Positions 1-14,589 of a DNA stretch of 64,000 nt are shown here, piece by piece. The notes below the pieces were generated by a model. The model searched no databases. It saw only the letters and a list, made by a program, of their open reading frames with translations, and was not told the DNA's origin. Within the stretch, counting starts at the first letter, position 1, and every line of letters starts with the position of its first letter. The stretch lies in the NCBI RefSeq assembly GCF_006345805.1, contig NC_043023.1, forward strand, positions 1,736,001 to 1,800,000, written 5' to 3'. Source of the DNA: Octopus sinensis. Its lineage: Eukaryota. A program made the translations under genes and the position numbers.

Positions 1-557
1 GTGCCATGTAAAAAGGACTCAGCCCACTCTGCTGGTTGTTTGATGTTAGGAAGGGCATCCAGCCGTAAAAACCCTGCCAAAACTGACACAGAAATATGGT
101 GCCTGGCTGGCTCCTGTCAAACCATTCAACCCATGCCAGAATGAAAGGTGGAAGTTAAACAATGATGATGATATCCTTCACAGGCTTCTTTCAGTTTCCT
201 TCAACCAAATTCACTCACAAGGCTTTAGTAGAAGATACTTGGCCAAGGTGCCATGCAGTGGGATTGGACACAAGACCACATGGTTGGGAAACAAGCTTCT
301 CAACCACACAGCCATGCCAGTGTGTATACGTACATATTTATACTTAACTATTTTTCTTTTATCTTTTGTTTCAGTTATTAGACAGCGGCCATCCTGGGGT
401 ACAGCCCTAAAGAACTTCAGTTGAATGCATCAACCCCACTACTTATTTTTAAGCCTGGTACTCATTCCATCAGTCTCTTCTGCTGAACTGCTAAGTCAAG
501 GAGAGATAAACACACCAACACTAGTTCTCGTGTGGTGGTGGTGGGACAAACACAAAG

Positions 558-626
<69 letters not shown>

Positions 627-1270
627 ATACACGTGCAAGAGTGGCTGTATAGTAAGAAGCTTGCTTCCCAACCACATGGTTCTCAGTTCAGTCCCACTGC
701 GTAGCACCTTGGGCAAGTGTCTTCTGCTATAGCTTCGGACCGACCTAAGCCTTTGTGAGTGGATTTAGTAGATGGAAACTGAAAGTAGTCTGTCATATAC
801 ACACACACACATGTGTGTGTGTGTGTATGTCTGTGTTTGTGTGTCTGTGTTTGTCATCCCACTATCGCTTGACAACAAATGTTGGTGTATTTATGATCCC
901 GTAACTTAGTGATTCAGCAAATAAGACTGATAGAATAAGTACTAGGCTTACAAAGACTAAGTCCTGGAAGACAGTTGCTCAAGGTGCCAAGCAGTGGGAC
1001 TGAACCTAATAGCTTGTGCATGGGAAGCACACTTCCTACCACAAACACACACACCCATGTCAACATCACCATCGTTTAACATCTGCCTTCCATGCAGGCA
1101 GGAGTTGGAGGGTTTGACAGGAGCTGGCCAAGCAGATGATTGCACCAGATATCTGTGTCTGTTTTCATATGGTTTTTATGGCTGGATGCCCTTCCTAACA
1201 CCAAACATCTTGCAGAGCGAGCTGAGCACTTCTTATGTGGTACCAGCACAGGCAAGGTCAGTTTGGCAAA
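1..1270. mobile_element. Cluster of partial SINE copies (family A tRNA/CORE-like in both orientations; family C with GAT tail at 1-168 plus and about 1050-1260 minus)
   Basis: Degenerate matches to motifs repeated throughout the window: caccttgggcaagtgtcttct...gagtggatttagtagatggaaactgaaag (family A) and ttaggaagggcatccagc...aacaatgatgatgat (family C). Confidence 0.8.
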
Positions 1271-1644
1271 GATTTTACAGCTGGAAGATCGTCCTAGCAA
1301 GAACCATGCAACAAAAACAGAAATGGAAACATGGCATACAAAGTTCACTATTCAGATGTTAAATTGGCTTGCAACAGTCACAGGATCACAGGGAGTAACT
1401 ATGCTAAAACTGATAATTTCAACTCTCATAAAGCATTATTTCCCTCGGCAGTTTGTAGGCTTGAGAAAGGTATGATGTTTTTTTCCAATTAACATAATAG
1501 ATACAGAGGATGAGAAAAGAGAATTGGGTATTTTGGGAATGAATGACAATATTTATGGCACAGAGCAAAGATGATTATTGGATAGGAACAAACGAACGGT
1601 GAGAGGATCTTCATTGTAGACAAACAGAATATGTAGAAAGATAC

Positions 1645-4600
1645 ATTGTGTAGATGTTGAGTGGACAGAGAGAGTAGATGTTGAGTGGACAGATGGACAC
1701 AGTGTGTGGATGTTGAGTGGACATAGATAGACACAGTGTGTAGATGTTGAGTGGACAGAGATAGACACAATGTGTAGATGTTGAGTGGACAGAGATAGAC
1801 ACAGTGTGTAGATGTTGAGTGGACAGATAGACACAGTGTGTAGATATTTAGTGGAGAGAGAGACACAGTGTGTAGATGTTGAGTGGACAGAGATAGATAC
1901 ATTGTGTAGATGTTGAGTGGACAGATGGACACAGTGTGTGGATGTTGAGTGGACAGAGAGACACAGTGTGTAGATGTTGAGTGGACAGATGGACACAGTG
2001 TGTAGATGTTGAGTGGACAGATGGGCACAGTGTGTAGATGTTGAGTGGACAGTGAGACACAGTGTGTAGATGTTGAGTGGACAGGATAGACACAGTGTGT
2101 AGATGTTAAGTGGACAGATACACACAGTGTGTAGATGTTGAGTGGACAGATGGACACAGTGTGTAGATGTTGAGTGGACAGAGATAGACACAGTGTGTAG
2201 ATGTTGAGTATACAGAGAGACACAGTGTATAGATGTTGAGTGGACAGATGGACACAGTTTGTAGATGTTGAGTGGACAGAGAGACACAGTGTGTAGATGT
2301 TGAGTGGAGAGAGAGACACAGAGTGTAGATGTTGAGTGGACAGAGATAGACACAGTGTGTAGATGTTGAGTGGACAGAGAGACACAGTGTGTAGATGTTG
2401 AGTGGACAGAGATAGACACAGTGTGTAGATGTTGAGTGGACAGAGAGACACAGTGTGTAGATGTTGAGTGGACAGAGAGACACGGTGTGTAGATGTTGAG
2501 TGGACAGATAGACACAGTGTGTAGATGTTGAGTGGACAGAGATGGACACAGTGTGTAGATGTTGAGAGGACAGAGATAGACACAGTGTGTAGATGTTGAG
2601 TGGATAGATGAACACAGTGTGTAGATGTTGAGTGGACAGAGAGACACAGTGTGTAGATGTTGAATGGACAGATAGACACAGTGTGTAGATGTTGACTGGA
2701 CAGAGATAGACACAGTGTGTAGATGTTGAGTGGACAGAGAGACAGTGTGTGTAGATGTTGAGTGGACAAAGATAGACACAGTGTGTAGATGTTGAGTGGA
2801 CAGATGGATACAGTGTGTAGATGTTGAGTGGACAGAGATAGACACAGTGTGTAGATGTTGAGTGGACAGAGATAGACACAGTGTGTAGATGTTGAGTGGA
2901 CAGAGAGACACAGTGTGTAGATGTTCAGTGGACAGAGATAGACACAGTGTGTAGATGTTGAGTGGACAGATGGACACAGTGTGTAGATGTTGAGTGGACA
3001 GAGAGACACAGTTTGTAGATGTTGAGTGGACAGATGGACACAGTGTGTAGATGTTGAGTGGAGAGAGAGACACAGTGTGTAGATGTTGAGTGGACAGATA
3101 GACACAGTGTGTAGATGTTGAGAGGAGAGATAGACACAGTGTGTAGATGTTGAGTGGACAGAGAGACAGCGTGTGTAGATGTTGAGTGGACAGAGATAGA
3201 CACAGTGTGTAGATGTTGAGTGGACAGATGGACACAGTGTGTAGATGTTGAGTGGAAAGAGAGACACAGTTTGTAGATGTTGAGTGGACAGATGGACACA
3301 GTGTGTGGATGTTGAGTAGACACAGTGTGTAGATGTTGAGTGGACAGAGAGACACAGTTTGTAGATGTTGAGTGGACAGATGGATACAGTGTGTAGATGT
3401 TGAGTGGACAGAGAGACACAGTTTGTAGATGTTGAGTGGACAGAGAGACACAGTTTGTAGATGTTGAGTGGACAGAGAGACACAGTGTGTAGATGTTGAG
3501 TGGACAGATAGACACAGTTTGTAGATGTTGAGTGGACAGAGAGACACAGTTTGTAGATGTTGAGTGGACAGAGAGACACAGTTTGTAGATGTTGAGTGGA
3601 CAGAGAGACACAGTTTGTAGATGTTGAGTGGACAGAGAGACACAGTGTGTAGATGTTGAGTGGACAGAGAGACACAGTTTGTAGATGTTGAGTGGACAGA
3701 TATACACAGTTTGTAGATGTTGAGTGGACAGAGAGACACAGTTTGTAGATGTTGAGTGGACAGAGAGACACAGTTTGTAGATGTTGAGTGGACAGAGAGA
3801 CACAGTTTGTAGATGTTGAGTGGACAGATGGACACAGTGTGTAGATGTTGAGTGGACAGAGATAGACACAGTGTGTAGATGTTGAGTGGACAAAGATAGA
3901 CACAGTGTGTAGATGTTGAGTGGACAGAGAGACACAGTGTGTAGATGTTGAGTGGACAGAGATAGACACAGTGTGTAGATGTTGAGTGGACAGATGGACA
4001 CAGTGTGTAGATGTTGAGTGGACAGAGAGACACAGTTTGTAGATGTTGAGTGGACAGATGGACACAGTGTGTACATGTTGAGTGGACAGATGGACACAGT
4101 TTGTAGATGTTGAGTGGACAGATGGACACAGTGTGTAGATGTTGAGAGGAGAGATAGACACAGTGTGTAGATGTTGAGTGGACAGTGAGACAGCGTGTGT
4201 AGATGTTGAGTGGACAGAGATAGACACAGTGTGTAGATGTTGAGTGGACAGATGGACACAGTGTGTAGATGTTGAGTGGACAGATGGACACAGTGTGTAG
4301 ATGTTGAGTGGAGAGAGAGACACAGTGTGTAGATGTTGAGTGGACAGATAGACACAGTGTGTAGATGTTGAGAGGAGAGATAGACACAGTGTGTAGATGT
4401 TGAGTGGACAGAGAGACAGCGTGTGTAGATGTTGAGTGGACAGAGATAGACACAGTGTGTAGATGTTGAGTGGACAGATGGACACAGTGTGTAGATGTTG
4501 AGTGGACAGAGAGACACAGTTTGTAGATGTTGAGTGGACAGATGGACACAGTGTGTGGATGTTGAGTAGACACAGTGTGTAGATGTTGAGTGGACAGAGA

Positions 4601-7600
4601 GACACAGTTTGTAGATGTTGAGTGGACAGATGGACACAGTGTGTAGATGTTGAGTGGACAGAGAGACACAGTTTGTAGATGTTGAGTGGACAGAGAGACA
4701 CAGTTTGTACATGTAGAGTGGACAGAGAGACACAGTGTGTAGATGTTGAGTGGACAGATAGACACAGTTTGTAGATGTTGAGTGGACAGAGAGACACAGT
4801 TTGTAGATGTTGAGTGGACAGATGGACACAGTGTGTAGATGTTGAGTGGAGAGAGAGACACAGTGTGTAGATGTTGAGAGGAGAGATAGACACAGTGTGT
4901 AGATGTTGAGTGGACAGAGATACAGCGTGTGTAGATGTTGAGTGGACAGAGATAGACACAGTGTGTAGATGTTGAGTGGACAGATGGACACAGTGTGTAG
5001 ATGTTGAGTGGACAGAGAGACACAGTTTGTAGATGTTGAGTGGACAGATGGACACAGTGTGTGGATGTTGAGTAGACACAGTGTGTAGATGTTGAGTGGA
5101 CAGAGAGACACAGTTTGTAGATGTTGAGTGGACAGATGGACACAGTGTGTAGAGGTTGAGTGGACAGAGAGACACAGTTTGTAGATGTTGAGTGGACAGA
5201 GAGACACAGTTTGTAGATGTTGAGTGGACAGAGAGACACAGTGTGTAGATGTTGAGTGGACAGATAGACACAGTTTGTAGATGTTGAGTGGACAAAGAGA
5301 CACAGTTTGTAGATGTAGAGTGGACAGAGAGACACAGTGTGTAGATGTTGAGTGGACAGATAGACACAGTTTGTAGATGTTGAGTGGACAGAGAGACACA
5401 GTTTGTAGATGTTGAGTGGACAGAGAGACACAGTTTGTAGATGTTGAGTGGACAGAGAGACACAGTGTGTAGATGTTGAGTGGACAGAGAGACACAGTTT
5501 GTAGATGTTGAGTGGACAGATAGACACAGTTTGTAGATGTGAGTGGACAGAGAGACACAGTTTGTAGATGTTGAGTGGACAGAGAGACACAGTTTGTAGA
5601 TGTTGAGTGGACAGAGAGACACAGTTTGTAGATGTTGAGTGGACAGATAGACACAGTGTGTAGATGTTGAGTGGACAGAGAGACACAGTTTGTAGATGTT
5701 GAGTGGACAGATGGACACAGTGTGTAGATGTTGAGTGGACAGAGAGACACAGTTTGTAGATGTTGAGTGGACAGATAGACACAGTGTGTAGATGTTGAGT
5801 GGACAGATGGACACAGTGTGTAGATGTTGAGTGGACAGAGAGACACAGTTTGTAGATGTTGAGTGGACAGAGAGACACAGTTTGTAGATGTTGAGTGGAC
5901 AGATGGACACAGTGTGTAGATGTTGAGTGGACAGAGAGACACAGTTTGTAGATGTTGAGTGGACAGATGGACACAGTGTGTAGATGTTGAGTGGACAGAT
6001 GGACACAGTTTGTAGATGTTGAGTGGACAGATGGACACAGTGTGTAGATGTTGAGAGGAGAGATAGACACAGTGTGTAGATGTTGAGTGGACAGAGAGAC
6101 AGCGTGTGTAGATGTTGAGTGGACAGAGATAGACACAGCGTGTAGATGTTGAGTGGACAGATGGACACAGTGTGTAGATGTTGAGTGGACAGAGAGACAC
6201 AGTTTGTAGATGTTGAGTGGACAGATGGACACAGTGTGTAGATGTTCAGTGGAGAGAGAGACACAGTGTGTAGATGTTGAGTGGACAGATGGACACAGTG
6301 TGTAGATGTTGAGAGGAGAGATAGACACAGTGTGTAGATGTTGAGTGGACAGAGAGACAGCGTGTGTAGATGTTGAGTGGACAGAGATAGACACAGTGTG
6401 TAGATGTTGAGTGGACAGATGGACACAGTGTGTATATGTTGAGTGGACAGAGAGACACAGTTTGTAGATGTTGACTGGACAGATGGACACAGTGTGTGGA
6501 TGTTGAGTAGACACAGTGTGTAGATGTTGAGTGGACAGAGAGACAGCGTGTGTAGATGTTGAGTGGACAGAGATAGACACAGTGTGTAGATGTTGAGTGG
6601 ACAGATGGACACAGTGTGTAGATGTTGAGTGGACAGAGAGACACAGTTTGTGGAGATGTTGAGTGGACAGATGGACACAGTGTGTGGATGTTGAGTAGAC
6701 ACAGTGTGTAGATGTTGAGTGGACAGAGAGACACACAGTTTGTAGATGTTGAGTGGACAGATGGACACAGTGTGTAGATGTTGAGTGGACAGAGAGACAC
6801 AGTTTGTAGATGTTGAGTGGACAGAGAGACACAGTTTGTACATGTAGAGTGGACAGAGAGACACAGTGTGTAGATGTTGAGTGGACAGATAGACACAGTT
6901 TGTAGATGTTGAGTGGACAGAGAGACACAGTTTGTAGATGTTGAGTGGACAGATGGACACAGTGTGTAGATGTTGAGTGGAGAGAGAGACACAGTGTGTA
7001 GATGTTGAGAGGAGAGATAGACACAGTGTGTAGATGTTGAGTGGACAGAGATACAGCGTGTGTAGATGTTGAGTGGACAGAGATAGACACAGTGTGTAGA
7101 TGTTGAGTGGACAGATGGACACAGTGTGTAGATGTTGAGTGGACAGAGAGACACAGTTTGTAGATGTTGAGTGGACAGATGGACACAGTGTGTGGATGTT
7201 GAGTAGACACAGTGTGTAGATGTTGAGTGGACAGAGAGACACAGTTTGTAGATGTTGAGTGGACAGATGGACACAGTGTGTAGAGGTTGAGTGGACAGAG
7301 AGACACAGTTTGTAGATGTTGAGTGGACAGAGAGACACAGTTTGTAGATGTTGAGTGGACAGAGAGACACAGTGTGTAGATGTTGAGTGGACAGATAGAC
7401 AGTTTGTAGATGTTGAGTGGACAGAGAGACACAGTTTGTAGATGTAGAGTGGACAGAGAGACACAGTGTGTAGATGTTGAGTGGACAGATAGACACAGTT
7501 TGTAGATGTTGAGTGGACAGAGAGACACAGTTTGTAGATGTTGAGTGGACAGAGAGACACAGTTTGTAGATGTTGAGTGGACAGAGAGACACAGTGTGTA

Positions 7601-10600
7601 GATGTTGAGTGGACAGAGAGACACAGTTTGTAGATGTTGAGTGGACAGATAGACACAGTTTGTAGATGTTGAGTGGACAGAGAGACACAGTTTGTAGATG
7701 TTGAGTGGACAGAGAGACACAGTTTGTAGATGTTGAGTGGACAGAGAGACACAGTTTGTAGATGTTGAGTGGACAGATAGACACAGTGTGTAGATGTTGA
7801 GTGGACAGAGAGACACAGTTTGTAGATGTTGAGTGGACAGATGGACACAGTGTGTAGATGTTGAGTGGACAGAGAGACACAGTTTGTAGATGTTGAGTGG
7901 ACAGATAGACACAGTGTGTAGATGTTGAGTGGACAGATGGACACAGTGTGTAGATGTTGAGTGGACAGAGAGACACAGTTTGTAGATGTTGAGTGGACAG
8001 AGAGACACAGTTTGTAGATGTTGAGTGGACAGATGGACACAGTGTGTAGATGTTGAGTGGACAGAGAGACACAGTTTGTAGATGTTGAGTGGACAGATGG
8101 ACACAGTGTGTAGATGTTGAGTGGACAGATGGACACAGTGTGTAGATGTTGAGTGGACAGAGAGACACAGTTTGTAGATGTTGAGTGGACAGATGGACAC
8201 AGTGTGTAGATGTTCAGTGGAGAGAGAGACACAGTGTGTAGATGTTGAGTGGACAGATGGACACAGTGTGTAGATGTTGAGAGGAGAGATAGACACAGTG
8301 TGTAGATGTTGAGTGGACAGAGAGACAGCGTGTGTAGATGTTGAGTGGACAGAGAGTAGACACAGTGTGTAGATGTTGAGTGGACAGATGGACACAGTGT
8401 GTGATATTGAGTGGACAGAGAGACACAGTTGTAGATGTTGACTGGACAGATGGACACAGTGTGTGGATGTTGAGTAGACACAGTGTGTAGATGTTGAGTG
8501 GACAGAGAGACACAGTTTGTAGATGTTGAGTGGACAGATGGACACAGTGTGTAGATGTTGAGTGGACAGAGAGACACAGTTTGTAGATGTTGAGTGGACA
8601 GAGAGACACAGTGTGTAGATGTTGAGTGGACAGAGAGACACAGTTTGTAGATGTTGAGTGGACAGAGAGACACAGTTTGTAGATGTTGAGTGGACAGAGA
8701 GACACAGTTTGTAGATGTTGAGTGGACAGAGAGACACAGTGTAGATGTTGAGTGGACAGAGAGACACAGTGTGTAGATGTTGAGTGGACAGAGAGACACA
8801 GTTTGTAGATGTTGAGTGGACAGATAGACACAGTTTGTAGATGTTGAGTGGACAGAGAGACACAGTTTGTAGATGTTGAGTGGACAGAGAGACAGCGTGT
8901 GTAGATGTTGAGTGGACAGAGATAGACACAGTGTGTAGATGTTGAGTGGACAGATGGACACAGTGTGTAGATGTTGAGTGGACAGAGATACAGCGTGTGT
9001 AGATGTTGAGTGGACAGAGATAGACACAGTGTGTAGATGTTGAGTGGACAGATGGACACAGTGTGTAGATGTTGAGTGGACAGAGAGACACAGTTTGTAG
9101 ATGTTGAGTGGACAGATGGACACAGTGTGTGGATGTTGAGTAGACACAGTGTGTAGATGTTGAGTGGACAGAGAGACACAGTTTGTAGATGTTGAGTGGA
9201 CAGATGGACACAGTGTGTAGAGGTTGAGTGGACAGAGAGACACAGTTTGTAGATGGAGTGGACAGAGAGACACAGTTTGTAGATGTTGAGTGGACAGAGA
9301 GACACAGTGTGTAGATGTTGAGTGGACAGATAGACACAGTTTGTAGATGTTGAGTGGACAGAAGACACAGTTTGTAGATGTTGAGTGGACAGAGAGACAC
9401 AGTTTGTAGATGTTGAGTGGACAGAGAGACACAGTTTGTAGATGTTGAGTGGACAGAGAGACACAGTGTTGTAGATGTTGTGGACAGATAGACACAGTTT
9501 GTAGATGTTGAGTGGACAGAGAGACACAGTTTGTAGATGTTGAGTGGACAGAGAGACACAGTTTGTAGATGTTGAGTGGACAGAGAGACACAGTTTGTAG
9601 ATGTTGAGTGGACAGATAGACACAGTGTGTAGATGTTGAGTGGACAGAGAGACACAGTTTGTAGATGTTGAGTGGACAGATGGACACAGTGTGTAGATGT
9701 TGAGTGGACAGAGAGACACAGTTTGTAGATGTTGAGTGGACAGATAGACACAGTGTGTAGATGTTGAGTGGACAGATGGACACAGTGTGTAGATGTTGAG
9801 TGGACAGAGAGACACAGTTTGTAGATGTTGAGTGGACAGAGAGACACAGTTTGTAGATGTTGAGTGGACAGATGGACACAGTGTGTAGATGTTGAGTGGA
9901 CAGAGAGACACAGTTTGTAGATGTTGAGTGGACAGATGGACACAGTGTGTAGATGTTGAGTGGACAGATGGACACAGTTTGTAGATGTTGAGTGGACAGA
10001 TGGACACAGTGTGTAGATGTTGAGAGGAGAGATAGACACAGTGTGTAGATGTTGAGTGGACAGAGAGACAGCGTGTGTAGATGTTGAGTGGACAGAGATA
10101 GGCACAGCGTGTGTAATGTTGAGTGGACAGATGGACACAGTGTGTAGATGTTGAGTGGACAGAGAGACACAGTTTGTAGATGTTGAGTGGACAGATGGAC
10201 ACAGTGTGTAGATGTTGAGTGGAGAGAGAGACACAGTGTGTAGATGTTGAGTGGACAGATGGACACAGTGTGTAGATGTTGAGAGGAGAGATAGACACAG
10301 TGTGTAGATGTTGAGTGGACAGAGAGACAGCGTGTGTAGATGTTGAGTGGACAGAGATAGACACAGTGTGTAGATGTTGAGTGGACAGATGGACACAGTG
10401 TGTAGATGTTGAGTGGACAGAGAGACACAGTTTGTAGATGTTGAGTGGACAGATAGACACAGTGTGTAGATGTTGAGTGGACAGATGGACACAGTGTGTA
10501 GATGTTGAGTGGACAGAGGACACAGTTTGTAGATGTTGAGTGGACAGAGAGACACAGTTTGTAGATGTTGAGTGGACAGATGGACACAGTGTGTAGATGT

Positions 10601-13600
10601 TGAGTGGACAGAGAGACACAGTTTGTAGATGTTGAGTGGACAGATGGACACAGTGTGTAGATGTTGAGTGGACAGATGGACACAGTTTGTAGATGTTGAG
10701 TGGACAGATGGACAAGTGTGTAGATGTTGAGAGGAGAGATAGACACAGTGTGTAGATGTTGAGTGGACAGAGAGACAGCGTGTGTAGATGTTGAGTGGAC
10801 AGAGAGGCACAGCGTGTAGATGTTGAGTGGACAGATGGACACAGTGTGTAGATGTTGAGTGGACAGAGAGACACAGTTGTAGATGTTGAGTGGACAGATG
10901 GACACAGTGTGTAGATGTTGAGTGGAGAGAGAGACACAGTGTGTAGATGTTGAGTGGACAGATGGACACAGTGTGTAGATGTTGAGAGGAGAGATAGACA
11001 CAGTGTGTAGATGTTGAGTGGACAGAGAGACAGCGTGTGTAGATGTTGAGTGGACAGAGATAGACACAGTGTGTAGATGTTGAGTGGACAGATGGACACA
11101 GTGTGTATATGTTGAGTGGACAGAGAGACACAGTTTGTAGATGTTGACTGGACAGATGGACACAGTGTGTGGATGTTGAGTAGACACAGTGTGTAGATGT
11201 TGAGTGGACAGAGAGACACAGTTTGTAGATGTTGAGTGGACAGATGGACACAGTGTGTAGATGTTGAGTGGACAGAGAGACACAGTTTGTAGATGTTGAG
11301 TGGACAGAGAGACACAGTGTGTAGATGTTGAGTGGACAGAGAGACACAGTTTGTAGATGTTGAGTGGACAGAGAGACACAGTTTGTAGATGTTGAGTGGA
11401 CAGAGAGACACAGTTTGTAGATGTTGAGTGGACAGAGAGACACAGTTTGTAGATGTTGAGTGGACAGAGAGACACAGTTTGTAGATGTTGAGTGGACAGA
11501 GAGACACAGTTTGTAGATGTTGAGTGGACAGATAGACACAGTTTGTAGATGTTGAGTGGACAGTGAGACAGTTTGTAGATGTTGAGTGGACAGAGAGACA
11601 CAGTTTGTAGATGTGGAGTGGACAGAGAGACACAGTTTGTAGATGTTGAGTGGACAGAGAGACACAGTTTGTAGATGTTGAGTGGACAGATGGACACAGT
11701 GTGTAGATGTTGAGTGGACAGAGAGACACAGTGTGTAGATGTTGAGTGGACAGAGAGACACAGTGTGTAGATGTTGAGTGGACAGATAGACACAGTGTGT
11801 AGATGTTGAGTGGACAGATAGACACAGTTTGTAGATGTTGAGTGGACAGAGAGACACAGTTTGTAGATGTTGAGTGGACAGAGAGACACAGTTTGTAGAT
11901 GTTGAGTGGACAGAGAGACACAGTTTGTAGATGTTGAGTGGATAGAGAGACACAGTGTGTAGATGTTGAGTGGACAGATAGACACAGTGTGTAGATGTTG
12001 AGTGGACAGAGAGACACAGTGTGTAGATGTTGAGTGGACAGAGAGACACAGTGTGTAGATGTTGAGTGGACAGAGAGACACAGTGTGTAGATGTTGAGTG
12101 GACAGAGAGACACAGTTTGTAGATGTTGAGTGGACAGAGATAGACAGTTTGTAGATGTTGAGTGGACAGATGGACACAGTGTGTAGATGTTGAGTGGACA
12201 GAGATAGACACAGTTTGTAGATGTTGAGTGGACAGAGATAGACAGTGTGTAGATGTTGAGTGGACAGAGAGACACAGTTTGTAGATGTTGAGTGGACAGA
12301 TGGACAGTGCGTAGATGTTGAGTGGACAGAGATAGACACAGTGTGTAGATGTTGAGTGGACAGTGATAGACACAGTGTGTAGATGTTGAGCGGACAGAGT
12401 TAGACAGTGTGTAGATGTTGAGTGGACAGAGAGACACAGTTTGTAGATGTTGAGTGGACAGATGGACACAGTGTGTAGATGTTGAGTGGACAGAGAGACA
12501 CAGTGTGTAGATGTTGAGTGGACAGAGAGACACAGTGTGTAGATGTTGAGTGGACAGATAGACACAGTGTGTAGATGTTGAGTGGACAGATAGACACAGT
12601 GTATAGATGTTGAGTGGACAGATGAACACAGTGTGTAGATGTTGAGTGGACAGAGATAGACACAGTGTGTAGATGTTGAGTGGACAGAGATAGACAGTGT
12701 GTAGATGTTGAGTGGACAGAGAGACACAGTTTGTAGATGTTGAGTGGACAGATGGACACAGTGTGTAGATGTTGAGTGGACAGAGATAGACACCGTGTGT
12801 AGATGTTGAGTGGACAGAGATAGACAGTGTGTAGATGTTGAATGGACAGAGAGACACAGTTTGTAGATGTTGAGTGGACAGATGGACACAGTGTGTAGAT
12901 GTTGAGTGGACAGAGATAGACACAGTGTGTAGATGTTGAGTGGACAGAGATAGACACAGTGTGTAGATGTTGAGTGGACAGAGAGACACAGTTTGTAGAT
13001 GTTGAGTGGACAGATGGACACAGTGTGTAGATGTTGAGTGGACAGAGAGACACAGTGTGTAGATGTTGAGTGGACAGATGGACACAGTGTGTAGATGTTG
13101 AGTGGACAGAGATAGACACAGTGTGTAGATGTTGAGTGGACAGAGATAGACAGTGTGTAGATGTTGTGTGGACAGAGAGACACAGTGTGTAGATGTTGAG
13201 TGGACAGATGGACACAGTGTGTAGATGTTGAGTGGACAGAGATAGACACAGTGTGTAGATGTTGAGTGGACAGATAGACACTGTGTGTAGATGTTGAGTG
13301 GACAGATAGACACAGTGTGTAGATGTTGAGTGGACAGAGATAGACAGTGTGTAGATGTTGAGTGGACAGATGGACACAGTGTGTAGATGTTGAGTGGACA
13401 GAGATAGACACAGTGTGTAGATGTTGAGTGGACAGATAGACACAGTGTGTAGATGTTGAGTGGACAGATAGACACAGTGTGTAGATGTTGAGTGGACAGA
13501 GATAGACAGTGTGTAGATGTTGAGTGGACAGAGATAGACAGTGTTTAGATGTTGAGTGGACAGAGAGACACAGTGTGTAGATGTTGAGTGGACAGATGGA

Positions 13601-13975
13601 CACAGTGTGTAGATGTTGAGTGGACAGATAGACACAGTGTGTAGATGTTGAGTGGACAGAGAGACACAGTTTGTAGATGTTGAGTGGACAGATAGACACA
13701 GTGTGTAGATGTTGAGTGGACAGAGAGACACAGTGTGTAGATGTTGAGTGGACAGATGGACACAGTGTGTAGATGTTGAGTGGACAGAGATAGACACAGT
13801 GTGTAGATGTTGAGTGGACAGATAGACACAGTGTGTAGATGTTGAGTGGACAGAGAGACACAGTGTGTAGATGTTGAGTGGACAGATAGACACAGTGTGT
13901 AGATGTTAAGTGGACAGAGAGACACAGTGTGTAGATGTTGAGTGGACAGAGAGACACAGTGCGTAGATGTTGACT
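1645..13975. repeat. 32-bp minisatellite array, about 12.3 kb (roughly 385 units), consensus GATGTTGAGTGGACAGA(G/T)(A/G)GACACAGT(G/T)TGTA
   Basis: Directly visible tandem units with 30, 32 and 34 bp variants and a shortened variant (gtggatgttgagtagacacag). Unique flanks at about 1640 and 13980. Confidence 0.98.
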
Positions 13976-14589
13976 GAAAGACCAATGTATATTGATACAC
14001 TGGAGTATGAAAAGTAATTAAGAAGTTATCTAGATTCCACTGCAAAGATGAAAAATATTTCTAGACTTTCTTTAAAAAAACATATGAGCATGTTGTATAT
14101 AATTTTAATTATATACATGTACAATAGTTAATTTGTTTATAACTATATAACGAAGTGACAAGTAAAATTGAAAAGATGATCAAAAGATTTTCTGTATCTT
14201 TACTGTAAAACATTAATTTCTCTTATTTTAACTTTACATCTGAGGTATGTCAGCAACTTGCCATTTCATTTACAGCATGGCACCAAAACATCAAAAAGAT
14301 TACGAAATGCTTGTCTGCTGCATAATTAAGTCTTATACTCTATTTTTGTTCTTTCATGCATTTTTTGTTGGTATTTTTGGTACTTTTTTTTTTACTTCTG
14401 TTCAATTCCTTTTTTTTCTGAAATTCTTATCCATGCATACATTTGGCAAAAAGAAAAAAAAACAGCAAAAAAAGACAAAAAGCACAAATATTCTTCACAA
14501 CATCAAACATGAAATCAAAATGGAAGAAATTAAATTTAAAACATTAATCATAGTGATGTATTTCTTAATTTTTTATTCATTTATTTATT

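Noticed and set aside
1645-13975. CRISPR-like or telomeric array
   Set aside because: There are no unique spacers, no cas genes and no TTAGGG units; it is a plain minisatellite in eukaryotic context.
1489-14045. Giant ORFs of 3616, 4134, 1753 and 1091 aa as real genes
   Set aside because: They lie within the 32-bp minisatellite. The unit lacks stops on that strand, all frames give the same peptide and unit indels are not multiples of three. Kept only as a testable curiosity.
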